Assembly (NCBI GenBank): GCA_030141605.1
Contig: JAQGDQ010001321.1
Location: 1-47,460, forward strand
Source: Tubiluchus corallicola
Taxonomy: Eukaryota > Animalia > Priapulida
DNA: 47,460 bases
Direction: 5' to 3'
Both the position numbers and the translations under genes were made by a program. Under the pieces are notes generated by a model. That model made no database searches. It was given only the letters and a program-made list of their open reading frames with translations, and was not told the origin of the DNA. Below, in pieces: positions 12,301 to 24,619 of the stretch; position 1 is the first letter of the stretch; every line of letters starts with the position of its first letter.

Positions 12301-13727
12301 TGGTACTAGGTAATACAATGAATGTTACTTAAGTAAATGTAGATAAGATATATTTATTAAGACAGAATTTTTCACGTATGGGGAAGTCTACGTACGAGAA
12401 TTTAGATCTCGTTTGAGGCCTCCAAAACGTGTTTAAATGCAGCAAAATACGATGACGGCCGGGGCACCCAGACCCCCTAGCAGCCTGGGCGTTCAAATTT
12501 TAACCTCGCCCATGAGTGATTCAATAAACAAACAAAAATTAAGCTTTGAGACACTGAATCGGATAAATGTAATCTGTGATTTGAATTGAAATTTCAGGTT
12601 TATATTTGTTCTATTTTAACAAAACAAAGATATAAAAGGCTGTCGTGAAGCCCACGATTTCGTGATTTTATTTTTTATTTATTATGTCATATTATTACAT
12701 TCTTTTGTTAAAAATTAAAAATCCCACACAAGAAATTTCAGCTATAAAATAAGTCTATGTCTTTATATACAGTCTAAACTTTCATCCTTGAACTAGTGTG
12801 CACAACATTTACCTTCACTGAATTGCTGGCTTCCTTGCTTCATGGAAAAACTTACCTGGGCAGTTGGCTTTCAGAGATCATTGAGTAAGCATGTGACTTA
12901 AACTGAGAGAGCAATGTATAGTGTTGTTAATGATTTATATAAATAAAGCTCACCTGTATTCTACCTATTCTGATGTCTTATGAAGAAAAATGACATATCT
13001 TACTGTTATAAAAAAACTAAGAAAAATATAACAAAAATTTTTTGCACAAAGGAAAACAAAGAAAAATGTGAAAAAGTACAAATGTTTTTATAAACATTTA
13101 AAAGAACGAATGCAAATTTTCAGTTTCATAAAAATGAAAAACTTAGTTTTTTTTCAAAAATTTATAAATTAATTATATTAATTAATTAATGAAATGAGAA
13201 TTATGTTATGCATTTGGCATTAAGCATAGTGCTAATTTTTACTACCACTGCAAAGAAAAATTGACGCGCGGTGGTAGCCCTCATTCACTTGAAAATCGTG
13301 ACGTAACTGGTGGACTTTGTGACATTTCGTATCGTGGCGTTCCGTAAGCGCATGCCACTTAAGCTAATTTAAACTTCTGCACTGCTTGCTTGATGTTAAT
13401 GCAGAAATATAACAAAATTAATTTTTTGTGACAACTTATTGTACCTTTAACGGAAATTGACACAGCGCTGCTTTTCTTCAATCGATCAATGACGTCACTG
13501 GTGGAAGAATGGACGTTGAAAATAGAAGCGTCCAAGCGTGAAGTGATCGCGACTTTAAAGTGATTTTACTAATTACAGAAGCCGCTTGCCGCACTTTTAT
13601 TACTAAATCCTTCTAACATTTTTTACGAATTTTAAAGCAAACTTCAAAAAAGCTTGACCTTTCCTTTAAATCTGGACTCATGCTTTGTGCAGACGGCTTC
13701 GTTTTTCTTTATTTAAAATAAGTTTAA

Positions 13728-14152
13728 CCCTTTCATACCCGTTGTATCCCGTGGGATACGAGAATATTTTCTGCCCTTAAAATTAATAACATTATAAAAC
13801 TGACAGTTATTTGATCAGTTAGTAGTTATTTTGATTTAAGCTAATAACAATAGACTAAAATGGTGATAAAATGGCAAACTAGAAAATCTACATAGCATAA
13901 AAAACTGTGCAAGGTACAGTACTTTAGAGACGACTTTGTACAGATCAGCATAGCATGCATACTAAATGTCTTAAATACTTTAAAAAATTATCAGCAGTAG
14001 CAAAATGAAGCACATTTTATGCTTCCATTGAATCCCAATGTATCCCGTGGGATACAGGCTATATTTAGCACGCGGGCACAGGTAGAAAAAAATAATTATT
14101 ATGTGTAAACAAGATGGACATACTAAACAAAAGTGGCTTGGGACTGAAAGGG
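13728..14152 (+). mobile_element. piggyBac-type MITE
   Basis: TTAA TSD, CCCTTTCA/TGAAAGGG TIRs and two internal TGTATCCC-GT-GGGATAC palindromes. Confidence 0.9.
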
Positions 14153-14759
14153 TTAAGTAAAATTTTGTATAGGTCAATCTCACATAAGTCTATAAGAATT
14201 TATAATATAAGAAATCTACATATATAGTAAAAGAAATAAATTTTATTTCACTTTCTTACTATAAACAAGTTGTGAATATATGTGTTCATGTAGAATTTGC
14301 TCGTGATTTGACAATACAGCTATTGCTCAGTTGAAAACATTCCTAATTTTACCTCTCGAAAAATAAGAAAGTTTTTCAGAAAAAACACGGATCACATTTC
14401 GCTCGAGCTCCCGTCTTGCAACGTCTAAAAATCGAAAAAACTCGCGGAGCACTGAACCGGTTACACGGAACAGTGGGAACCCCTTTTCCGACACCTTCTC
14501 CTCGGGGGTCCTTTCTCCAATTTCATTAACGTCTCACCAGTGAACTTCAAGCTTACTCTTCGTGTTGCTGATGCTGTAGGAAAAGCATGCAATACGAGGG
14601 CATTTTGCGCCAAATTGTGCTAATTTAAGCCAATATGGCGCACTCTAGGCTACACTCACGCGTCTTCACTCTTGGATCAACCTTCCCCGGCAGACTGGGC
14701 AAGAGGCAACCGATTTTATCTCCTCTTGGCATCTCTTCCAGTCTGTTTTCTAAACAGGG

Positions 14760-15375
14760 CTTATCGCAGGACGATCAAAGCGTGGCAGGAATTGATGACA
14801 GTAATCGAGAACAATATGGGGAATCTTGAGAACGGGTGTATCGATACGGGAAATCTTGAGACGGATATTGATGGCTTATTAGCTGGTCGATCAAGGCGGA
14901 GGTCGAAGCATTCTTGCATAATATGGGGAATCTTGGGAGCTGGTATTGATGGCATATTTGCTGGTTGATGAAGGCAGAGGTCGAAGTATTCTCGCAACAA
15001 TATGGGGAATCTTAAGAATGGGTATTAATGGCTTATGAATCTAGCTGGTTGATAAAGGTGAAGGTTGAAGGATTTTTGCAGTAATATGGGACATCTTGAA
15101 AATGGGTATTGATGGTTTATGAGCCTACCTGGTTAATTAAGTTGGAGATTTAAGCATTCTTGCAGTAATATGGGATATCTTGAACACTAGTATTGACGGC
15201 TTGTTAGCTGGTTAATCAAACCAGAGATTAAAGCATTCTTGAAGTAATGTGGGAAATCTTGAAAATGAGCATTGATGAATTATTAGCCGGCAAATGAATC
15301 TAGAGGTTGAAGTACTCTCGCAGTAATATGGGGAATCTTAAATACTGGTATTGGTGGCTTATTAGCTGGTTGAAG
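14760..15375. repeat. Diverged ~85-bp tandem repeat, ~7 copies
   Basis: Recurring gcagtaatatggggaatcttga...ggtattgatggcttattagctggt. Confidence 0.8.
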
Positions 15376-15633
15376 TTTTACGCATAGCAATACGGATTTA
15401 AATAAAAGTTTTACTGAGTTTAATCGCTTCAGTTTTCAAACAAAAATTTTCAAAGACCACGTCAGCAGATGTTAATACGTACAATGTTCATTCTAGAATC
15501 CTGGGTTCAAATCTTTTTCTTGGATTATTTTTTATTATTAGATACCACGAATTTTTTTACATTTTGCGCGTTTTGAAAAGTTGCGCAATATTTGCTTGTT
15601 TTGAAAAATGTAGCTAGTATGTAATTTAGAAAG

Positions 15634-15798
15634 AATAACAACGATAATGACAATAATAATGACAATGATGATGATGACGATAATAATAATGATGATGATA
15701 ATGATAATAATAATAACAACAACAACAACAACAACAACAACAATAATAATAATAATAATAATAATAATGATAATAATAATAATAATAATAATAATAAT
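15634..15798. repeat. Compound (GAT)(AAC)(AAT) microsatellite
   Basis: Read directly from the sequence. Confidence 0.95.
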
Positions 15799-16889
15799 CA
15801 TTCATATTATCATTCATTTCGTCTTGCCAAAAATTAATTTACCAATTATTGAGTAGCAGGTTAAGACGGAAATGGTTTTTCAAATTAATCAAATGATGCA
15901 TGGACATTGTTAAAAGCCCTAACCTTTGAAGAAACTCATAAGTTTCTTATGCAAAAAATTATTAGAACAGCAGATTTTTATCGAGTTTTAAACCGCTCTG
16001 CAAAAAGCAGAACAGTTGCAAAAATACGTAATCATAATAATACGTTAAATAACTTCAATGTTTAGTGTGTGCTTGAGGCTGCCAGTTTGCTACTTATACG
16101 ATATTGCTAGAAAACTGTTTGTGGTGTATTGACGCATCACCGCTCTACAAATTTTTAAAAGCCAGTTTGCTACTTATACGATGTTGCTGGGAAACTGTTT
16201 GTGGTGTATTGATGCATCACCCGCTAAGGTGCCAAATTCTAGATATAATTATTTAATTTCTAAGTCTAGCATAAGTAATAACTTCATACATGCATATGTG
16301 ATTGCAATTGCTTAAGTTTACAACACTTTAGTTAAGTGAAATGAATTTCTTGAGTTATTTTCATGCAAAAATGATTCATTCAGGACACGGAAATGTCTTC
16401 CTGCAATAAAACCTTTCTCTTTTCCTGGCTTTCTAATGGCGCGTTCAGACTAGCGAGAGTTTTCTCTCTGACTACCATGTTTAGAAGTAAGTTGTAGCAA
16501 GTTTTGAACACGTATGTGAGAAAAAACTCCTTAGACTGAACGCGCTGTAAGGTACAACATTTCAAGGACGTTCAAGAAAAAATTAGAAATTGTTTGCGTA
16601 GCAAATTGGAAACTCGAAATTAACAGGCCAATCACAAAAAATAATGAAGGAAATAAATTACTGAAAATTTAAACTTGAGTTTGAGCTTGAAAATTATTTG
16701 ATAGCGCAGAAAATCTTAAGAAAGGCTGAAATAAGCTTTTGCAAAATTCTGGATTAATTCACGTACCAAAACTAGTGAAACAGGAAGGTATCATAAACCA
16801 GGAAAGCTTCCTGTTAATAAACAACTTTGCACGTTTTGCAAAGAATCAAGTATTGAAGATGAGCAACATTTTTAATGAATTACATTAGA

Positions 16890-17151
16890 TGTACCTATTT
16901 TACTATATGTAACTATTTTACTAATGTACCTATTTTACTATATGTAACTATTTTACTAATGTACCTATTTTACTATATGTACCTATTTTACTATATGTAA
17001 CTATTTTACTAATGTACCTATTTTACTATATGTACCTATTTTTCTATATGTATCTATTTTACTAATGTACCTATTTTACTAATGTACCTATTTTACTAAT
17101 GTACCTATTTTACTAATGTACCTATTTTACTAATGTACCTATTTTACTAAT
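16890..17151. repeat. 17/19-bp minisatellite
   Basis: tgtacctattttactaa and tgtacctattttactata variants. Confidence 0.9.
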
Positions 17152-17460
17152 ATAAACAATGTTGACAAATATTTATTTTCGGCAAGGAGCAAAGATCTAG
17201 AAATACTAACAATTGTTTCTAATCTAATAAATGTTTTGTAAACAAAAAGCTATAGAATTTTGTATTTATAAAACTGGATTGTTAATGTTAACATAGTTGT
17301 CAATTTTAGTGTGTTGAATCTGCATGTGAAGTTGGGTTTATGATATACATCAGTATTTCATGTTGTTTTTCGTATGGTAACGTGCTATACATTATTGTTA
17401 ACATATATGTTATTTGTTTTTTCTGATACTTCGTAACTAGTGATCGTATAATTTTGTTAA

Positions 17461-17897
17461 CCCTTTCAGTGCCAAATTATTTTTTTAATAAGGCTTGGTA
17501 CTTTTGTTCAGTATGTCCATCTTGGTTACACATAATAATTATTTGTTTCTACCTGTGCCCGTGTGCTAAATATAGCCTGTATCCCACGGGATACATTGGA
17601 ATTCAATGGAAGCATAAAATCTGCTTCATTTTGCAACTGCTGATAATTTTTTAAAGTATTTAAGACATTTAGTATGCATGCTATGCTGATCTGTACAAAG
17701 TTGTCTCTAAACTACTGTACCTTGCGCAGTTTTTTATACTATGTAGATTTTCTAGTTTGCCATTTTATCACCATTTTTAGTCTATTATTATTGGCTTAAA
17801 TCAAAATAACTATTAACAGATCAAATAACTGTCAGTTTTAAAATTTTATTAATTTTAAAGGCAGAGAATATTCTCGTATCCCACGGGTATGAAAGAG
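17461..17897 (-). mobile_element. piggyBac-type MITE
   Basis: TTAA-CCCTTTCAG...TGAAAGAG-TTAA, reverse orientation. Confidence 0.88.
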
Positions 17898-18103
17898 TTA
17901 AAGTACTTTCACGCAATATATTATAAAGTCACAGGGACTCATTACTCTGCTTTTGCGTAAATTTTATGTAAAAATAAGAGATTTTTATTGAGTTAAGCTG
18001 CTCTGTATGCAAACAGAACAGTTGACAAAAATAAACAGGTAAGCGAAATGCTTTTTAACGGTAAGTCGTCCGTTACGTTTACCGAGATTTCTTTTATATA
18101 ATC

Positions 18104-18289
18104 GGCTGAAGTAACTGCCTGTGGTGTGTTAACGTGTCATGTAGTTTCAAGTATAAAGTTGTGATGGCTGAAGTAACTGCCTGTGGTGTGTTAACATGTC
18201 ATGTAGTTTCAAGTATAAAGTTGTGATGGCTGAAGTAACTGCCTGTGGTGTGTTAACATGTCGCTTAGTTTCAAGTATAAAGTTGTGAT
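18104..18289. repeat. 62-bp tandem repeat, 3 copies
   Basis: ggctgaagtaactgcctgtggtgtgttaac... at 18104, 18166 and 18228. Confidence 0.88.
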
Positions 18290-19565
18290 AATCCTGGCAA
18301 AGAATTTAGTCATACCTGAATTATAATTATGCGAGAATAAATAAATAAACAAAAGAAACAAATAAATAAATAAATATGATTTATGATTTATTTGGTACAA
18401 AAACGTACAGTATTATTGCAATCAACTGACAGACATCAAAAAAGTGTGCCTCATGTTACAGTATATTTTAATGATAAACAAATACAAAAAATATTAATAA
18501 ATAAGTAGAATGTAAATTAATTAATGCATAATCAAGAAATAACTTCACATCAGGACAGCGATGACTGTTAATGGCGATGACAATTATGATGAATGCAATG
18601 ACAAATTTCTAATATTACAAGAAACTTGTAAGTTATATAAACTGACACATTTTTTATAAGTTTAAACTGCGCTATGTACAAAACAGAACAGTTCCTAACA
18701 TGAACTTTGACATTATAATGGCGAAGCGTTATGCTGAGCAGATAATTGTGCAAAATTCTTACTTGTAGAACGCTGTGAGATAACTGCTTGTGGTGTGTTG
18801 GCATACTAAGTAGTTTGGACGTGTAATGATCATCCTAGCAGTGAGCTTATAATCATAACCGAATAATTATGCGAAAATAACAAAGTAAATAGACAAAAAT
18901 AAACAGGTACATAAATAAATAGACAAACAAATAAATAAATAATTACATAATTTATTCATAAACAAGTAATACGATATAATAGAGATGTAATGGCATATAC
19001 AATCCATGCAGTTAAATGGCACGGGAACGTCATATTCACGACCAGTAAGAGATCACAAGTCAAACCTCTGCAACAGAATTAAGAACAATGTTTAAAATCT
19101 CAATTTTACAAGCACATAAAGACTTCTACACAATCTTATTCTTACATAAACACATCAATAAATTAACACGTCCATCATCAAAAAAAAGCTTCCACTCCTC
19201 TTGGAGGCAACATTAAACCCAAGAACACACAATATTAAACAAACACGCACTAGTAACAAATACGGCAACAATTCTGTCACTAAACAACGAGTTTCTACGT
19301 GTTCAAATCAAAACTAAAAATACATGCATTAAATCGTTTTGAAAACCCTACATACGTTAATGATAATATATATTCATCCGTTTTTGTACCAAATAAATCA
19401 TAAATCACATTTATTTATTTATTTGTTTCTTTTGTGTATTTTTTTATTCTCGCATAATTATATTTCAGGTATGACTAAATTCTTTGCCAGGATTATCACA
19501 ACTTTATACTTGAAACTAAGCGACATGTTAACACACCACAGGCAGTTACTTCAGCCATCACAACT
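18219..19565. repeat. ~185-bp inverted repeat arms (18219-18404 / 19380-19565) around a ~1 kb spacer
   Basis: The arms give near-identical ORF translations on opposite strands (YQINHKS..QLLQPSQL). Confidence 0.85.
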
Positions 19566-20153
19566 TATATATATATATTCCGGTCCCTACACATAACTGA
19601 CATTGCAAAAGTTGAATTCTGGCTTGCAATGTGGTGTGCACTGACTGTCGCTGAACATAAAAAAATTAATAGCCGTTAAATCACATTAACTGATTCTCTC
19701 ATTACATCGCCTCCCAGCCAATTAGGGGCGCCTAATTCATGACAGATAGAATTTGTTTTTAGAAATTTGGCTATTCCCCCGGAAGCTGAATCGGCGCTCT
19801 GCTTTGTACTGCCTACTGAAACCGAATCGGCGCTCCGCTTTGTAGTGCTTTGTGAACAACACCGCCCCCTTTATTTCGCTCTAACGATTGTTTACCCAAC
19901 CAATAGTGAATACATATCATATCATATATAAATAATTATCTGTGTATGTGTGAAATATGGTCTAGGTAAGAGGAGGAATGTGCCGCCGAGTGTAAGAGCA
20001 AAATCTCACAGAAATATGATCCCGCCAAGTTTTTCATTGGTGAAACTTTGAGCTGAGTAAACCGTTTCCATAAGACGGGTTAGTTTGACTTATTTAGGAT
20101 TGGATCAGACAGTTTGAACAACATGATTTAGGATCCTCGTCACAACAGTCTAC

Positions 20154-20351
<198 letters not shown>

Positions 20352-20450
20352 TCTCAGTTTAAACATAATTTATGTAGGATTGGATCAGACAATTTGAACA
20401 ACATGATTTAGGATCCTCACCACAACAGACTTTATACACTATTTACAAGA

Positions 20451-22031
20451 ACATTTACAGTAAGAATTGACTATAACTACACAAGCTGACAAGTTTTACT
20501 ACAAGATTACATTAGACATTAGTAACATTTACAGTAAGAATAGACTATAACTACACAAGCTGACAAGTTTTACTACAAGATTACATTTGACATTAGTAAC
20601 ATTTACAGTAAGAATAGACTATAACTACACAAGCTGACAAGTTTTACTACAAAATTACATTAGACATTAGTAACATTTACAGTAAGAATAGACTATAACT
20701 ACACAAGCTGACAAGTTTTACTACAAGATTACATTAGACATTAGTAACATTTACAGTAAGAATAGACTATAACTACACAAGCTGACAAGTTTTACTACAA
20801 GATTACATTAGACATTAGTAACATTTACAGTAAGAATAGACTATAACTACACAAGCTGACAAGTTTTACTACAAGATTGCATTAGACATTAGTAACATTT
20901 ACAGAATAGACTATAACTACACAAGCTGACAAGTTTTACTACAAGATTACATTAGACATTAGTAACATTTACAGTAAGAATAGACTATAACTACACAAGC
21001 TGACAAGTTTTACTACAAGATTACATTAGACATTAGTAACATTTACAGTAAGAATAGACTATAACTACACAAGCTGACAAGTTTTACTACAAGATTACAT
21101 TAGACATTAGTAACATTTACAGTAAGAATAGACTATAACTACACAAGCTGACAAGTTTTACTACAAGATTACATTAGACATTAGTAACATTTACAGTAAG
21201 AATAGACTATAACTACACAAGCTGACAAGTTTTACTACAAGATTACATTAGACATTAGTAACATTTACAGTAAGAATAGACTATAACTACACAAGCTGAC
21301 AAGTTTTACTACAAGATTACATTAGACATTAGTAACATTTACAGTAAGAATAGACTATAACTACACAAGCTGACAAGTTTTACTACAAGATTACATTAGA
21401 CATTAGTAACATTTACAGTAAGAATAGACTATAACTACACAAGCTGACAAGTTTTACTACAAGATTACATTAGACATTAGTAACATTTACAGTAAGAATA
21501 GACTATAACTACACAAGCTGACAAGTTTTACTACAAGATTACATTAGACATTAGTAACATTTACAGTAAGAATAGACTATAACTACACAAGCTGACAAGT
21601 TTTACTACAAGATTACATTAGACATTAGTAACATTTACAGTAAGAATAGACTATAACTACACAAGCTGACAAGTTTTACTACAAGATTACATTAGACATT
21701 AGTAACATTTACAGTAAAAATAGACTATAACTACACAAGCTGACAAGTTTTACTACAAGATTACATTAGACATTAGTAACATTTACAGTAAGAATAGACT
21801 ATAACTACACAAGCTGACAAGTTTTACTACAAGATTACATTAGACATTAGTAACATTTACAGTAAGAATAGACTATAACTACACAAGCTGACAAGTTTTA
21901 CTACAAGATTGCATTAGACATTAGTAACATTTACAGTAAGAATAGACTATAACTACACAAGCTGACAAGTTTTACTACAAGATTACATTAGACATTAGTA
22001 AAATTTACAGTAAAAATAGACTATAACTACA
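20451..22031. repeat. 74-bp satellite, ~21 nearly identical copies
   Basis: Unit acatttacagtaagaatagactataactacacaagctgacaagttttactacaagattacattagacattagta. Confidence 0.95.
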
Positions 22032-22261
22032 CTACTATACTTTAATTTACTGTATCAATTTCTTTTCTACAGGTCTGCTTATTCATTATCTATTTGGCTT
22101 CTGTTAAATACATAATTAGTGCATAATTTACTGTATCAATTTATTTTCTACAGGTCTGCTTATTCATTATCTATTTGGCTTTTTGTAAATACATAATTAG
22201 CGCATAATGTTCTATACTGTGGGCTCTGCCTATATAAACTGGTTGTATGTTTGTAAAAATT

Positions 22262-22304
22262 TACCACTGATGATGACAACAGTAGCTCTGTCGAAACGTT
22301 TGCA
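22262..22304 (+). ncRNA. Minimal type-I hammerhead ribozyme motif of Penelope-like element type, probably partly degenerate
   Basis: CTGATGA (22267-22273), T, stem II GACA/TGTC around a 10-nt loop, then GAAAC-GTT with palindromic AAACGTTT stem III. Stem I is only ~2 bp (CA/TG). Preceded by TATATAA, as in Penelope pseudo-LTRs. Confidence 0.6.
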
Positions 22305-22707
22305 TTAAAATTGTAAATTAAAATTTTAATACAATTGTGCTGTTTTAACTATAAATTTTATTACATTTTTATTAAGAAAATCAGGATTTTTGATTTCCCA
22401 TTGCACGCTGAAAATTATCTACAGGAAATGAAAAATGATTAAAAAACCGACTCGTAAACTCTTATCGCACCTTCTGTTATTTTTCTATTTTTACAAGCTT
22501 TTGAAAGTCCAGCTAAGCACCGGTGCACTTTTCCAAAATTGCCTTTCTTTCAAATTTTACTGGACAAAGCAGTAAAATTCTAGTTTTGTTGTTGATAATT
22601 TTAAACAAACGTTTAGTGCGAATTTTTGCCGATAGATGTCGCAATTCTCAGCCGCAATTTGGCTTTCGTAGCAACATGATAACAACGCCACAAATAACTT
22701 GCACGTT

Positions 22708-22945
22708 GCAACTAACACGCCACAAGTTGTTTAGTAGAAGGTGCACAGCGCAACTAACACGCCACAAGATGTTTAGTAGAAGGTACACAACGCAACTAAC
22801 ACGCCACAAGTTGTTTAGTAGAAGGTGCACAACGCAACTAAGACGCCACAAGTTGTTTAGTAGAAGGTGCACAACGCAACTAAGACGCCACAAGTTGTTT
22901 AGTAGATAGTGCACAACGCAACTAAGACGCCACAAGATGTTTTGC
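22708..22945. repeat. 42-bp minisatellite, ~5.5 copies
   Basis: Unit gcaactaacacgccacaagttgtttagtagaaggtgcacaac. Confidence 0.92.
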
Positions 22946-23356
22946 AGAAGTAAATTGCCCATAAATACATTTAGTAAGACTAAGTTTATTGGGGAGAGTT
23001 GGGGTAGATCCTTGCTTCTTCAGTCAAGCAAATGTTGCCTCAGCAAGGGCTTATCCTTTCAACGATCAGCCCTTCACTGTTGTAAGTCACAAGGTGCATC
23101 GTGCAACCAGCTGTGAACTGGAGACCCACATAATAGGTAATAGAGGATAAGCTATGGTCTACACTCTGATGAACCCAGCTGTAACTGCGCATGCGCCCGT
23201 TTGCGAGACGGGAGCGACAGGTTGATCCGATCTCCGAACTCGACCTTTTGACTTTTAAAACATGATAAGTTTCAGCATAGTCAATAGCGCCACTCGACCA
23301 CATTTAGTCTTGAATGCAAGAAGTTACTTAGAGACAAGAGTGATAGGTAGCATTAC

Positions 23357-23671
<315 letters not shown>

Positions 23672-23992
23672 GTTGACATCAGTTTATTGCCAGCCAGCAA
23701 AAAGAAGAGAAAAAACACACGTACACAGAAATTCTCAACCCAGTCTAATTTCACAGATAAAAGTTTTCTGATTTCGAAAGTGTAGTTTAAATGCTGAGTA
23801 TGCTCCCTTCGGTCAGCCATCATGGTAACCTGCTTAGACTATTGAAACGTCTGTATGCTTGTTGGTAGAACAGCAAAATGGACAAATTATTAACCTCTCC
23901 TTGTCGTTTGCAGAATGTAGCATCGTAAAACTGAAACTATTGACTTTAAATTTTAACAACATTGGATTGCTATATGTATAAGGAAATAAACT

Positions 23993-24332
23993 TATATATA
24001 TATATATTTATTTGCCATAAAAATACATTGATAATCACTGATAAAAACTTTACAGAGATGATCAATCAGTGTTAGTTAATAAAAACTTACACTGCTAAAG
24101 CGTCAGTGCAATCTAAACTACTGTGCAGTAATGGAAAGCAACGACGAATAAAATCAAACATATTTACAGCTATGCACAAAAAATGAAAAAAACTATGATT
24201 TAATTAATATGGGCCGTGGATATACGAATTCTGAATTAGTGTGTATGTTGTCGTACTGGTGTGATGGTATTTCATATCTGGTTAATATTAGTGATTTTAA
24301 TTTTGTTTTAAATGCTGATAGGGACTTGATTT
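23993..24332 (-). mobile_element. 3' end of CR1/L2-group LINE (same family)
   Basis: Reverse complement of ~28-370, with (AT)n tail. Confidence 0.75.
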
Positions 24333-24619
24333 ACATATGAGCAAGTTTCGGTAAAAAGACAGTTAATGTTCACTTCGGTGCGTCAATTTCCAAGACCCTA
24401 TCTGAAAAAAGAATAGATTTATTTATTTATTTAAAAATCTTTATTAAAAAACCTCTATTTGCAGGTACAACATTAGCATAAGTATAAATTATACAAATTT
24501 TCTAATAAAATAAGGTGACTCTAGACACAGTGTAAATTACTAATTAAAATTACAAAGATAGCAACAGTACAACCGCTAGTTTAGTAACACGTTTCAAAAT
24601 ACTCCTGACATTTGCTGTC

